A stretch of DNA of 64,000 bases from Diplonema japonicum (Eukaryota > Protista > Euglenozoa: Diplonemea), in assembly GCA_964019335.1 (NCBI GenBank), contig OZ025674.1:1-64000 (forward strand), given 5' to 3'. How positions within the stretch are numbered: the first letter of the stretch is position 1; every line of letters begins with the position of its first letter. The notes beneath the pieces are model-generated. The model ran no database searches. It saw only the letters and a list, made by a program, of their open reading frames with translations, and had not been told where the DNA came from. Made by a program: the position numbers and the translations under genes. Below, in pieces: positions 45,890 to 58,121 of the stretch.

Positions 45890-46819
45890 ATGTTGCGCAA
45901 CAGACTGACCAAGCAGCCACAGCAGCCATTGGTTGAGGAGCAGGATGACGGCAGTGACGAAGGCGAGGCGTTGCTGGGGGAGAGGCGCGAGAAGGCCCCT
46001 GGGGGGAAGAACAACTTGGTAGCAAAGGCAGGGCGGCTCTTCATGGACCTGCTTTACGCCATAACTGACATCATACCAGGCATAAACCTGGTGGGTGATG
46101 TACCGGTGCCCGAGCGCTTGTGGGCATTCAAGGCATATGTGTCACAAGCGTACACAGTTGATAACGATGATCACTTTGAGCTGCTGAAGTCACTGTGGCA
46201 AGTGTGCGCAGATAGCAAGGGCGAGGACTACGGCGACCTCACCAGGGAATGCGTGGTGTCAGAGACGTGGAAGAAGTTCGGTTTCCAGGGGACCGACCCC
46301 GGTACGGACTTCCGCGGCGGAGGCGTATTCTCGCTCAAGAACCTCATCTTCTTCGCCAATTACGATCCTGAACTCTTCGCACGGTTGCTGTCGCAGCCCT
46401 CATCGCTGCACTCCATCCCGTTCGCCATCGCAGGCATCAACATCACAATGATGCTGTTGCATCTCTTGCAGTTCGTGACTGCAAAAACATGCTTTTCAAC
46501 AGCGCACAACAACAGCAGCACCACGAAGCTAGCAAAGAAGCACATCTTGAACTACATGCTCGACGAGAGTGCCGATGCGTCCACCGACGAGGAGATCCAA
46601 GAGGCCTGTGCTCGTGTCTTCAACAAGGTCTATGCTGGCACCTTTAAAATCCTATTTGTGCAGTGGGAGGCGGAGCCCTCACCGAACATCATGCAGTTCA
46701 ACAGCGTCCTCCTCAAGGTATCCCTTCTTGCAATGCACACACAAACACAGACGAAATCCATTCTTGAAGATAAGCTGCGCAGCGCTAATACCTTGCAACA
46801 ATTTACGGAAGGTGTTTGA
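45890..46819 (+). CDS. ELMO/CED-12 domain (ELMOD-like) protein (probable in-frame intron 46718-46750)
   Basis: WKKFGFQGTDPGTDFRGGGVFSL.NL, PFAIAGINIT, MQFN.VL. Confidence 0.88.
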   Translation: MLRNRLTKQPQQPLVEEQDDGSDEGEALLGERREKAPGGKNNLVAKAGRLFMDLLYAITDIIPGINLVGDVPVPERLWAFKAYVSQAYTVDNDDHFELLKSLWQVCADSKGEDYGDLTRECVVSETWKKFGFQGTDPGTDFRGGGVFSLKNLIFFANYDPELFARLLSQPSSLHSIPFAIAGINITMMLLHLLQFVTAKTCFSTAHNNSSTTKLAKKHILNYMLDESADASTDEEIQEACARVFNKVYAGTFKILFVQWEAEPSPNIMQFNSVLLKVSLLAMHTQTQTKSILEDKLRSANTLQQFTEGV

Positions 46820-47029
46820 ACATTATAGACCCTGCCACGCCATAAGCGCTACTGCATTTTTTGTAATATATTTTACTTATATCTTCGTGACAGAGGCACT
46901 AGCCTGTTGCCGCAGTGTACAGAATCTTGCCTCCACGATCCAAAATCTAGCCTATTGCCACAGTGTACCTTGCCTTCACAGACCTGTCGCCGGGCCAGTG
47001 TTCTTTTTTGAAAATCTGTCACAGGGCAA

Positions 47030-47964
47030 ATGTTGGGCGAAGTAAACAGGACAGCCCGGTATACTAAACATGAGGTGAGCCTTGAGCTTGATCTTCTTGG
47101 AGGTGATTTGTACGTAGATGTGGACGACGACGAGAAGCAGAACGCGAGGAACATAGCAGTGGGTGCAATTAGCACCTTTGTATTAGGGCAGGTTGTGGGG
47201 TTGTGGGTGGTGTTCACACGACAGAACAGCATGACACACATGCTTTTTATAGAGCATAGATATGACATTCCTGCTATTTTCGTGTTGTTGGTAATATGCA
47301 CTGATCTGCTATATTACAAAGTAGCCACCTCCGACCCGGGGCGGCTCCCACGATGCGTCGACGAGGCCGATACACAGGTTGCTCAAATAACAAGCAACTA
47401 CCCTGACGAGCTGCGTGAGATGCAATGGTGTAAATATTGCAAGATGATCAAACTCCTTCGCGCAAAACACTGCCACCAGTGCGGCCAATGCGTTGCGAAA
47501 TACGACCATCATTGCTACTGGATCCACAACTGCGTGGGTGCCAACAACCACTGTCTTTTCTGGTGGCTGCTTGTAATGATACTTATCAGCATGACGTGGG
47601 GCAACATGCTAGTCTGGGCTTCATATGTCCCGAACACACGACTACGCCCCGAAGGGGGGAGGAATATCATGCCAACAGTGGCGAGCCTGCTAGGGTATGC
47701 CATGATGAAGGGAGATTGACACTTCACAACAGGATCCCAATGTGGATGTTCGTCTTCGTCGTGTTCATGTGCCACACGGTACTGGCTGTCTTTAACTCCA
47801 CCACATGGGAATGTGTCAAGCGTCACAAGATACCGTACCTCAAATCCCTCCCCAACGAGGCCAACCCGTGGGACAAGGGCGTGTGGACAAATCTGAAAAC
47901 ATTCTGCTGTGCGACAACGACTGATTGGCGTCTACCGCCTGAATACCAAACTTTCTGGGTGTAG
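47030..47964 (+). CDS. DHHC palmitoyltransferase (intron 47695-47732)
   Basis: SDPG, C..C...RAKHC..C..CV.KYDHHCYWI.NCVGANN; the spliced exon supplies TTWE and NPWDKG..N. Confidence 0.92.
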
Positions 47965-48004
47965 CTTAAGGTTCTTTGCATTCCTTTGACGCATGCACCA
48001 CAGG

Positions 48005-48922
48005 ATGCGACACGCACTGCTGTTTGGATGTCTTGTGCTCGGTGCGGGGATCTACATGCAGTACGGCAAACATGAAGAGCCTGCTACTTTCCACATCACT
48101 ACGGTGAACGTGCTGTTCGAGCGTTACTACGCAAAGTACTGCAAGGGAGGGAAGGTGTCGCTGGAGGAGAGGACAAGGATGTTTTCGGAATGGCTGGAGG
48201 GGGGAACGCTCGGGGGTGAGGAAGAGGGGGCAGACGTTGTGGCGCTGCAAGAGTGGCCGTACGGGGACGAGCAGGGAGAGCAGTGGGGGAGGGTGATGGA
48301 GAGGGCTGCTGTTGGGAGCGGGTACAAGGTGGTGACGCAGGAGGAGCCTGGGGAGGGGACAGTGAAGGCGGACGGGCTGCTGTTCCTGGTGAAGGGGGAG
48401 AGGTGGGATGTGATCGGGGCGAAGGTGAGGCGGTTCACGCGAGGGAAGGGGTCGAAAAGGTACGCGGTGGTGCTTCTGCGGGAGAAAGGGGAGGGAAAGA
48501 GAGTGGTGGGGGTGGTGGGGGGACACGCGCCCTTCGGGAGGGGCCTCAGCGACAGTTGTAGCCACATACGAGAGATGTTCGAGGGAGTGGACGGGGGGCT
48601 CACCCCTTACTGGATCGGGGTCGGGGACTGGAACGTCGAGGCGAAGGGTCCCGAGAAGCACCGCAGGTTCTTGGCGGAGGCACTTCCACCCTTCTGGTTG
48701 GACCACACGAAGGACCTCGAGACCGCGACCTGCGCCGCGGACCACGGCCCCGCAAAGTACGACTACATCGTGTCTTCCCCAGGGTTCTCCCTCCAACAGC
48801 CCGTCGTCGCCACCCCTCCAACCACAGAGACCCTCCTCCACCATAAGCCCCCTCCCCACCACTCCCCAGCCTGGTTCTCCGACCACCTCGCCCTCTCAGC
48901 GAGGATGCTTTTCAAAGATTGA
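48005..48922 (+). CDS. EEP family protein, copy B (N-terminal hydrophobic anchor)
   Basis: Identical to copy A from 48084; unique N-terminus MRHALLFGCLVLGAGIYM. Confidence 0.85.
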   Translation: MRHALLFGCLVLGAGIYMQYGKHEEPATFHITTVNVLFERYYAKYCKGGKVSLEERTRMFSEWLEGGTLGGEEEGADVVALQEWPYGDEQGEQWGRVMERAAVGSGYKVVTQEEPGEGTVKADGLLFLVKGERWDVIGAKVRRFTRGKGSKRYAVVLLREKGEGKRVVGVVGGHAPFGRGLSDSCSHIREMFEGVDGGLTPYWIGVGDWNVEAKGPEKHRRFLAEALPPFWLDHTKDLETATCAADHGPAKYDYIVSSPGFSLQQPVVATPPTTETLLHHKPPPHHSPAWFSDHLALSARMLFKD

Positions 48923-49088
48923 TCCGCTCCCCAAAAAAGTCAAAGTCCTAATTCTGGGTCACACACACACACCTTTTCTCCCACCCGCTGGTTTCCAAGT
49001 GCTCTAACTCCTTTCTTTTTTCATCTAAGTTACCCCTTTTATGATTTGTGTTGCTTTTTTGTTCGTTGTGTGCAACACTGCTGCAGGA

Positions 49089-50313
49089 ATGTCGGACACA
49101 AACACAAAATGGAAGGTAGGGGCTGGTGTGGCGCTGCTGGGCACGCTGTTGGTATGTAGGTACAAGTATCATGACAATGCGCAGATGGGGTCACTTGCCT
49201 ACAACCTGGGTAGCTTGAACCAGGATGTACACGATCAGAGGATAATTGGAGCCGAAAGCCAGCAGCGTGAGGTACACAAGTGGGGGGAGTGAAATCAACA
49301 CATAAACAGAACTTACACAAGCGGATTGACATCTGTCAGGAAAAGTTGAAGGCGATCAAAAGCAAGAACCAGCAGCAGGTGCGAGAGACCCTTACCAAGG
49401 AGACTGAAACGCTGTTGAAAGAGAAAGAATTGCTGGAGACTGTGATGAATGACTACAAGGATGTTGTTGATCTATGTGAGGCAAACCTGAAGGAGCAAGA
49501 GGACTCCAGGGCAGGGCTCCCAAAGCAGGAGGAAGTAATTAAACAGTTGGAGTACGAGAACGAACAAATGCGGAATTCTCTGTCAAGTATGCCTGAGAGG
49601 TCTCAACAAACACCACAGGTGTGAACACCACGAAAGAGGAGAGCAGGAAAGCGCTCCGAACTAGAGTCCGAGCGCTAAGGCTGGAGAACGAGCAACTCCG
49701 AAAAATGAAACAAGACAAAGAAGAACGCGACGAACAGAAAGTGGTGCTTGAAGCAAGGATGACGAAGGAGCGCGAAGAGCTACAGGACCACGATTACGGG
49801 CTTGGGCAGAAGGGTGACGAGGATGATACAGGGCGTCTCAGAAAACTGAAGACGGAGCTGTCCTCCCTGCAGGGCGTTAAGAACCACGATCAGATCCTAG
49901 CAGAGCAGGTATGCAGAAGGACCGCAACAACGCACACAGACCGAGCAAGAAGACCCAGACGCGTTCACCGAAAGTTCAAGAGAAAGGAGAAGGCCGAGGA
50001 GGAGGGAGAGGAGAGAGAGGAGAGATGATTATGATCACTCTCGACACCCTGCCCGTGACGACGAGACAGAGGTGGAAGGAAGGGCCAAGACGCCTCGCAG
50101 GAGGCGTAACATAGATGCGGACATTGATGAGGAACACGATGACAGTCTTGTGCAGAGGAGGCGGCAGAGACAACGGAGACAGAGGAAAAGCTCTGATTAC
50201 GGTGAGGTATGCTGCTGCTGGGTGCTCGTATGCGACACACACAGAGCGAAGAAGAGGACCCTGACATGACCGACCGCCCGCCTCGCAGGAGGACCCGTAG
50301 AGACAGTTGGTAA
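49089..50313 (+). CDS. Membrane-anchored coiled-coil protein, 6 exons (introns 49152-49184, 49272-49309, 49587-49618, 49909-49939, 50207-50244)
   Basis: Five GTA...CAG introns join ORFs 49041, 49280, 49621 and 50072 into one frame. Confidence 0.7.
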
Positions 50314-50470
50314 CTTTGGAGCAACGCTCCACCCCATCTTTATATATTTCTAAGTGTTTTATTTGTATTTTCCTGCAAACCCAGCACCCCCCAAAAAAAA
50401 TAAAAATAAAAAAAATTAATTTGCCCCTTCCTTATCCTTTTTTTTCTCTTTTTAGCTGCGAAAACAAAAG

Positions 50471-50935
50471 ATGCCGCTTGTTTTCGCACGGGATTTGAAC
50501 TTCTGCAGCAAGGAAATGGAGCAGCTGACACAGCGCTTTGAGGACTCGTGCACCGTGGCTGAAGGGCGGAAGGAAAGCATGTACTTTTTGCGAACGACGG
50601 TAGGCATCCGCGACTTCATGGGCAGGCTGTGCACCTATCTGAAGTGTAACTACGAAACGCTCGTGGTTGCAGGTGTATACCTCAACAGGTACACCACCAG
50701 GTCCGCTGTTGTGCTGTCTAAGGATATCTTCTTCAGGTTGTTCTTTGCAGCCGCACTGGTGGCCATCAAAGTGCGTGAGGACAAGTTCTTCTCCAACAAG
50801 TACTACTCTTCTATATGGGGCATGCCTGTGGGCCTGGCGAATGAACTGGAACTTGATTTTCTTGCAGTCTTAGACTGGGACCTACATGTGACAAACGACG
50901 AGTACGAGGCCTTTATCACAGGGACACACAGCTAG
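50471..50935 (+). CDS. PHO80/CYCP-type cyclin (2)
   Basis: DFMGRL..Y..C...YLNR...RLFFAA.LVAIK.REDKFFSNKYY...G...NELELDFL..LDWDL.V. Confidence 0.88.
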   Translation: MPLVFARDLNFCSKEMEQLTQRFEDSCTVAEGRKESMYFLRTTVGIRDFMGRLCTYLKCNYETLVVAGVYLNRYTTRSAVVLSKDIFFRLFFAAALVAIKVREDKFFSNKYYSSIWGMPVGLANELELDFLAVLDWDLHVTNDEYEAFITGTHS

Positions 50936-50989
50936 AGGTCAAGTCATGGAGAAAAGAAAAAAGGGGGGGGGGGGAGAATAATAATAATA

Positions 50990-52013
50990 TGAGCTCGTCC
51001 GGAAGAAAATGTCAACAAATGACCCTCCTATGCGGCGTAAAACCCCCGTTAAATTTCTAAGTAAAAAAGTAGTCCGACACCACTTTGTGTGCAGAAATGC
51101 AGTCTAATCTTGATCACCATATAGGTCAAAATGCTCGCCGTTTGTTTTATTTTTAAAACGCACGTGCAAAAACATGTTTTTTAAAATGGTTTTTGGCAAA
51201 CGATTCAATTTGGAAGTTACAAATAACCCAGACCCCATTTTTTATTTTCGTTTTTCCGTGAAAAGCGATAGGAGGAATGGATGCAGATTGAAAATCTGTG
51301 AAACCTTTGGGGTCATTTTGGGTGGGCTGGACTCTAAATCACTATTAAAATGGGGTGGGGAGAACTTACCCTTACAGTGCCATTTTGGCCTATTTAAGAC
51401 TAAAATCCCTTTAAACCCCCTTGAAAAAGCAAAATTTTCACTTTTAAAGTATTATGAGTGCAAAAGAAAAGGAAAAACCTCAGCAGATGGGTTGAGAATG
51501 AAAGTTTGACCCCAAAGATACCAATGTCGAAGCTCTGCATGAGCAGGCAAGTGTTAAGAATTGGTTTTTCTGAAAAAGGCCAAAATCCCTTTAAAACCCC
51601 TTGAAAAAGCCAAAAAATAGGGTGTAAAAAACCGGATTTTCGGGGGCTATGCGGCGCCATATATTTTTCGCTAAGTACTTTTAACAGTAACCCGACCCTG
51701 GGTTGTACCCAGGGGTCACAAGTGCGCTTGAACACCAATTTTATGCACCCTAGATTCTGCATTTCCAAATTGCACTTTAAACATTTTTCGCCGTTTTTTT
51801 GACCTCTATTTTTCGTTTCCCGGGGGGCAGCCGGTTGCAAAGCCTGCCACCCTCATGGCAAAACAAGCATCGCAATTGAAAGAACGGCGTCATGTACACC
51901 ATGTATGTCATCTTCCTATGGTTGCATGCTGCCCTTTTTTTGCTCAAATAATCAAACAAGAAATTTTCGGAGGTGCCCAAAAAAGTGTTGACATTTTCGT
52001 CCGGACGAGCTCA
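50990..52013 (+). mobile_element. 1,024-bp non-autonomous TIR element (MITE), copy 1
   Basis: ~28-bp TIR TGAGCTCGTCCGGA(A/C)GAAAATGTCAACA at both ends, TA on both flanks, no transposase ORF. Confidence 0.88.
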
Positions 52014-54256
52014 TATAAAAAAAAAATACTCTCTCTTGCTTTTTTTCTTCTTCCTCTCTGTTTTTTTTCTTCCCCCCCTTCCACCCCCTCCCTGGTCGCT
52101 CGGTTTTGCTTGGAAGCACCACACACCCGAAAGAGGGGGAAACAAAAGTGTTTCTTTTTATTGTTCCTGTTTGAGCGGTTGCTCGCGATGGGGCACGTTC
52201 CCATTGTTTGTCTGGATACCATGTGGCATACATCTTTAACGCTATTCAAAAAAAAAAAATAAAAAAAATATAAAAAAAAAAAAAAGACACACATGTGAAT
52301 AAGAAAAAAAAAAAGAAATACAAAAGCGGATTCTTTGAGAGCACTGTTATGGACTTGTAACATATACCGTGAGTGCTCCTTCCTTTGGGCATCTCTCACT
52401 TTTGCAAACTTTCTCTTTTATGAATCAGCAAAGAGGCATACAGCAGCTGACAAGGGGCACCGGCAAACATTAATTTGGTCCCTTATTTGTCCTCCAACCC
52501 TTCTTTAAATTCTTTTTGTTCGTTTAAAAAAAAATAGAAATTAAAGGGGGGCTTAAAGAAAAAGAAAAGAAAGAAAAAAGAAAAAGAAAAAAAAAACAGA
52601 ATTGTATTATTGAATTTAAAAAAAAGAAGAAGAAAGAAAAGAATGAAAGAAGAAGAAGAAGAAAAAAAAAACACTTTTTATTCGTTCAGCTTTCTTTAGA
52701 AAGCTCAGCATAGTTCCTTCGTCCCCTTCTATTTTCTATTTACCCCCCTTTTTTTTCCCCTTCCTTTTTTTTTTTTTTTTCTATTGTGGTTTACACACAA
52801 GGAAGGGAATTCTTAGGCTTTTGGGTGGGTACTTGTAACATCAGCCGATCACGTCAGGATGAATCGAAAAAAAAAAAAAAAAGAAAAAAAAAGAAAGAAA
52901 AACCGTATCCTGTGCCGTGGCTGTTCTGATAGACAAGTTGTTATCATCCTTGTGGAGCCTGGTAGGGGGAATCATATCTTTAAAAAAAAAAAAAAAATTG
53001 AACAGAAAAATATTTTTTATAAATAAACTACAAGAACCCGTGTTTCAAGTACGTGGAGGTATGTGGAGGTATTTCTTACGTGGCGCCTGCTCTCAGACGG
53101 GAGCCCTTCCTGTGAGGCGTTTACCAACGCCACAGAACACCTAGCTTGCGTGCAGCGCTTCGCGCTCCGTTTCAGCAGGCCAGCCTCAGAGACCCACACA
53201 CGCACCCACACAAGCACCTGTGCCTTAGCCGGAGCAAGCTCAGTTTTCTGAACCCAAAAAATATAAGTTTAGCTCCGAAGGTTTGTTTGAAAGCCATATC
53301 AGGCACCCCCCCATTATTTTTTTTTCTCTTCTGTGGGTTGTTAAAACACTTCACTCAAAGTGAATTTCCCTCCCCACCATCATAGCCTCAAGGGCAGGGC
53401 AAAGCCAGTGACCTTTACTGAGGGGTTTCTTTTTGATACAAAAAAAAAAATGAAAACATTAATTGGATGCGCCTTGCATTTTCTTTTGACCTCCCCTGTA
53501 TTTTTTTTTTTTTCCTATTTGTTTTTTTTTCCCTTTTTTTTTTTCCTTCTCTTTTCACCCTTCGGGTCTCTAATTTCTGTTAAGCATTTTCCTCTTTTTT
53601 TGGTTTCGTATTGGTCGTGAAGGGTGAGTGACAGGAACGAATATGGGGGAATATGTTCACCGCCCTCCTTTGAGACTCATTTTTGACAACAACAAAACAA
53701 GTCGATTCTGAAGCTGTCTGCCTTTGAAAGGCAAACAGGAATTTTCTCAAGGGGGGGCCCCGAAGGAAGTTTAAGAACCTGATTAGAGACCCGAAGCGGT
53801 TTTTTTAAAGTCTCGAGCATCGCGTCATTTACTTTTTTTATATGATTTTCTGGTGGGTCGTTGCTAGCACACCTTCCCCATCATAGTGAGTTTAGTTATT
53901 CCCCCCTTCTCTGAAGGAAAAAAAACTCCCATTCTACTCCCTCCTTTCTTTTTTTTTCTCTCTCTCTCTTTGTTCTCCATTTCTTTGTTCTTTGTTCTGA
54001 GATCTCGTGCACTTTTTTTTCTTTTTTTTTACTTTATCTATTTTATACTGACCGCATTTTTAAAGTTGTGCGGAAAGGTTTTTTTTTGTAAGCAACCCCC
54101 CTTTTTTTGGCAGAAAATTCCAAGAAAAAAACAAAAGAAAAGAAAGTCCTCCCAACTTCTTTTCCTCCCCCCGTAAATAAAGCAATAAAAAAACCTTACA
54201 TACCTTTGAAAAAAAAAAGAAAGATGCGGTATTTCTTTTCTTTTATATCTTTTATA

Positions 54257-54293
<37 letters not shown>

Positions 54294-54300
54294 TGCCATT

Positions 54301-54598
54301 ATGCAGTACCTCACAACAGCTTACACCTTGCATCCCATGCCGTCTGTGCATGCAGGCCTCTCCAAGTCTCTCATGAGCTCTAGTCCTGGCAAATCTGCGC
54401 CCATAGCTGGTGACTGGGGCAGTGTTGGTATGTAAAGGCACATGGTGGCTTACAGCACACACAGGGTGTTCAGGCAGCAGCTGTGTGAGCTCAAGTGGGT
54501 CCTCCTTCAAGTACGACATCACCTTCACCCAGTGGTCACCTGACAACAGGATTGATCTCTTTGGGCATCTGTGCACTGCGAACGACGAGTGCCTTTAG
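54301..54598 (+). CDS. Putative small spliced gene (~86 aa; intron 54428-54464)
   Basis: Consensus intron GTATGT...CACACACAG; its removal gives an open frame MQYLTT...GDWGSVGCSG...DECL*. Confidence 0.5.
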
Positions 54599-54724
54599 CT
54601 TATACCCCTTCACTTCTTGCTTTAATGCTTTAATTCCGTTTCTTGCATAATGACTGCACTTTCTGGTGCTTCTGACTATTCAGTTCTCTACTTCTAAGCA
54701 TGATTCTATTATCACCCAGAGGCC

Positions 54725-55972
54725 ATGGATGCGATGATGGAAGCAGAGGTGGATGTCATCTTGCAGAAGAATGAAATGTGGCGCAGACACGTGGCAGAGC
54801 ACGCAACGCAGGCGCAGAGCAGGTTACTGGAGGTCTCCCTGCTCGGCACCTACTTCCACGCGTGGCTTCAAAAGGATTTCCACCTTGTGTACCAAAAGAG
54901 GGGCGCATCGACCCTGCAAGTGCAGGTCGCAGAGCTGAACTCGCTGCTGATGAACAAGGAGATTGAGCACAAGGACATCATCAAAGACCTGAAGCAGCGC
55001 CATGACAATGACTTGGTGCTGTTCAACAACGACATGCAGCTGCTGAAGGCCAAGCTCCACGACATCACAGCACAAGTAGACGTAGAGGGGCTGGCGCAGA
55101 TGAAAGAGGACGCAGTGGCGGCAACAGGGAGGCTGCAGCTCACGGAGCAAGAGCTGCGGAACAAGAACGAATATATTACAAAACTGCAGCGTGAGAACGA
55201 GGCGTGCAAGGAGCAGCTGCACGTCATGGCTCTGGAGCACACGGAGCACATGAAACGCGTGGAGGCATCGCAGGAACTGCTGAACAAGATATCTCACGAC
55301 AGGTGCTGTTCGCCCGAGCCACAGGGCCATGAGGTGGCACGGCTGCAAAGAATCGTGAAATTCCTCGGCGAGAAGACAGCGGCACTCCAGGAGTCACTGC
55401 AGGCACCCAACACCTCTGTGGTGCTCCTGAGGAACAAGGTCGCGTCGTGCGGCAGCGACAACGAGAAGTTGCGGGAAGAGGTCGACACGCTGAAGGGCGA
55501 GTCCCTGCAGCTGAAGGAGACCATACAATCACTGGAGGTCCAGATGGGTGCCTCCAAGAGCCGCGAGCTACAAGAGTGTGAAACACTGGACACTTTCACA
55601 AGCTTTGTGTTTGCCAGTATGCAGGAACGGGTCCACATAGCCTCGTTGGAGTCGGCAGCCTGGACAGCACTTGTGGGTGTGCACGCGACCTTCTTACACA
55701 CAAAAGTCAAGCGATTGAACAGCGAACTGTTATCTGCAGAGCTGTCCGCTGCGCAAGCAGCTGCTGCTATGACAACAACAACACTTAAAACTCAACATCT
55801 GCAGTCTCTCCTTTCCACCTATCAAGCGGAACAAAACACCATCCCGAAGCGCAAGCTTGAGGACAAGCGGGGCACACCTCCCTATACACAAGGCAGGGCG
55901 TCCCCCACGCCCTTACCTCAACCTTCCTACTCAACCCAGAACATAGAGAAATGGAACGTCCAATGGTCATGA
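54725..55972 (+). CDS. Hypothetical coiled-coil protein
   Basis: 415-aa ORF with heptad-rich sequence and host-like codons. Confidence 0.75.
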   Translation: MDAMMEAEVDVILQKNEMWRRHVAEHATQAQSRLLEVSLLGTYFHAWLQKDFHLVYQKRGASTLQVQVAELNSLLMNKEIEHKDIIKDLKQRHDNDLVLFNNDMQLLKAKLHDITAQVDVEGLAQMKEDAVAATGRLQLTEQELRNKNEYITKLQRENEACKEQLHVMALEHTEHMKRVEASQELLNKISHDRCCSPEPQGHEVARLQRIVKFLGEKTAALQESLQAPNTSVVLLRNKVASCGSDNEKLREEVDTLKGESLQLKETIQSLEVQMGASKSRELQECETLDTFTSFVFASMQERVHIASLESAAWTALVGVHATFLHTKVKRLNSELLSAELSAAQAAAAMTTTTLKTQHLQSLLSTYQAEQNTIPKRKLEDKRGTPPYTQGRASPTPLPQPSYSTQNIEKWNVQWS

Positions 55973-56444
55973 CACAGTCAGCCTGGGCATAGTGTGCAAG
56001 CTGAAGGACTTCGTGTCCTGCGTAGCTCTTTTTTCGTTTCTTTTTTTCCCCCTTCCCCGGATTTTCCCCCGTTATTTTATTTATTTTTGGTTTGTTCTTC
56101 ATCCCTTGCATAACACCCTACAGTGCAATGACGGCCCCCGTACATCACGGTTTTGACAAAAGAAAAGTAAATGTGCCTTTTCTTCTTCTTCTTTTTCTTT
56201 TTTTAAAGGTACGTGCCCTCCCCCTCCCCTCCCTCCCTCCCTTGCAAGCATCTTCGCTTGGCTTCCGCCGCGTAATACCCCTTATTATTTATTTATTTGC
56301 CTGTTTTTCCATTTTTTAAAGGAGGGAAAAAAAAAACACCGTTTCATGATAAGCAAAGAAAAAAAAAAATCATTTTCCAACCATCCACGGTAGAGGTTTT
56401 AAAAGAAAAAAAAGAAAATCTTCTTACAAAAAGCAGTTTTTTTT

Positions 56445-56480
<36 letters not shown>

Positions 56481-56557
56481 CCTGCTTATCGTGAAACGGT
56501 GTTTCCCCCATTAACAAAAACCCCCTCCACAGAGCCCCTTGAAGGGGAGGTTATCAG

Positions 56558-57076
56558 ATGGCGATAGAAAGTAAGAGAAGCTTTGCGGAAGTAGCAGGCT
56601 ATGTGTCATACGCGGAGCAGCTCCCTGTGATAGGCGAAGTGCTGACAAGGCTCTGCGGTGACGGCGATACACGGGAAGCAGAGAGGAGGTGCGTGTTCGA
56701 AGGGAAGGTTGTCGTGGTCTCGGTGAACGATTACTTAGTGAGGCTGTGCAAGTACGGGCACTGCAGCAAGATGGTCTTTATTCTAATGTTCATCTACCTG
56801 AAACGCCTCTTAGACAGGCAGCCCGAGTTCATCGTGCGCTCCACCAACGTGCACAGACTGCTCATTGCCCTCTTCGTTGTTGCAGCCAAGTACCATGATG
56901 ATCACTTCTTTTCAAACCACTTCTACTCCAAAGTAGGAGGCATTGCTAATGCCGAGATCAACCGCCTCGAAATTACTCTGCTCGAACACCTGACGTGGGA
57001 TCTATACGTCTCACCGGAAGAGTACAGAAGAACTGTAAAACACCTCACCCCGAAAAGGGCAAAAGCCAAGGGTTGA
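56558..57076 (+). CDS. PHO80/CYCP-type cyclin (3)
   Basis: SVNDYLVRLCKY..CS...IYL.R...NVHRLLI...VAAKYHDD.FFSN.FYSKVGGI...EINRLE...L.WDLYV. Confidence 0.92.
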   Translation: MAIESKRSFAEVAGYVSYAEQLPVIGEVLTRLCGDGDTREAERRCVFEGKVVVVSVNDYLVRLCKYGHCSKMVFILMFIYLKRLLDRQPEFIVRSTNVHRLLIALFVVAAKYHDDHFFSNHFYSKVGGIANAEINRLEITLLEHLTWDLYVSPEEYRRTVKHLTPKRAKAKG

Positions 57077-58090
57077 CGTTTTTTTTTTACTTTTTCTTTT
57101 TTTTTATTTTTTTTTTATTCACGAACCGCCTACAAGCAATTTTTTTTTTTTGAACAATATCTATTTTTTTTTTTCTCTTTTTTTTTTCTTCTTTTTTATA
57201 TGTACATCACGAAAAAAAATAATAAAATATCATCTTTACCCTTTACCCCCCCCCTTTTTTTTTCTTCCCTCTCGCAATGGTGGGAATACGTTTTCTTCGC
57301 TAGGTTTTGGCAGCTGTAAGGCATTGGCTACAACACATTCCGTACAACGGTCCTAAGAACCCCCTTTAAAAAAAAAGAAAACTCTTTTTCTCTCTAACAC
57401 CCCTCCGCTAGGTTGTGGACACACCACCAAAGGGGAAGGAAAAAAAAAAGAACGAACCAAAGAGAGCAACAGAATGTGTCCTTTTTTTTTTTTTTTTTTT
57501 TCCCCTTCGTCCTCGAAAAAAAAAGAGAAATCGTGTTCGTGTCCCACCCTTTGTTCCTCTAAGTTAGTAAGTAGTTCAGTAAGCCGCCCCCACTTATCTC
57601 CTCTCATTCCTGCCTCTAAACACAGAGCGCATCAAAGTTCCCCCCCCACTGTTGGCGAGGGAACTTGAAATGAGGTTTCCCCCCCTCTGCTTTGAAAAAA
57701 AAAATGAAAACCATGTAAATGAATTGGAAAAAAAAAAAAAAAAAAAGAAGAAAGAAAAAAAAAAAAAAAGAAAGAAAATATTGTATGGCAAGTAAACGAA
57801 ACTTTGCTGGTTCCCCCCCTTTCCCCCAATAGAGGACATGGGGGCCATATCCGTAGCACAGGCTAGAAGCTGACTCCAAACATCCCCTCCAATGTACTGA
57901 CTGGTACAGTTTGGAACCGACTGTGGTGGTCGTGCTGAGCGCCGTTTAATTTTTTGTTGTGACTCGAATTTCTTAATGGCAATATCTTTTTTTTTCCCGC
58001 TCAATATCCTCCACTCCAGGGGAACCGGCTTCGTCATCTCAGCCACTCACTTTTTCTTTGACAAGAAAAATTTTGAGCACACCACCGGAT

Positions 58091-58121
<31 letters not shown>

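Noticed and set aside
51174-52262. ORFs inside the MITEs (also 61435-62316)
   Set aside because: Short, with no transposase motifs; duplicated only because the element is duplicated.
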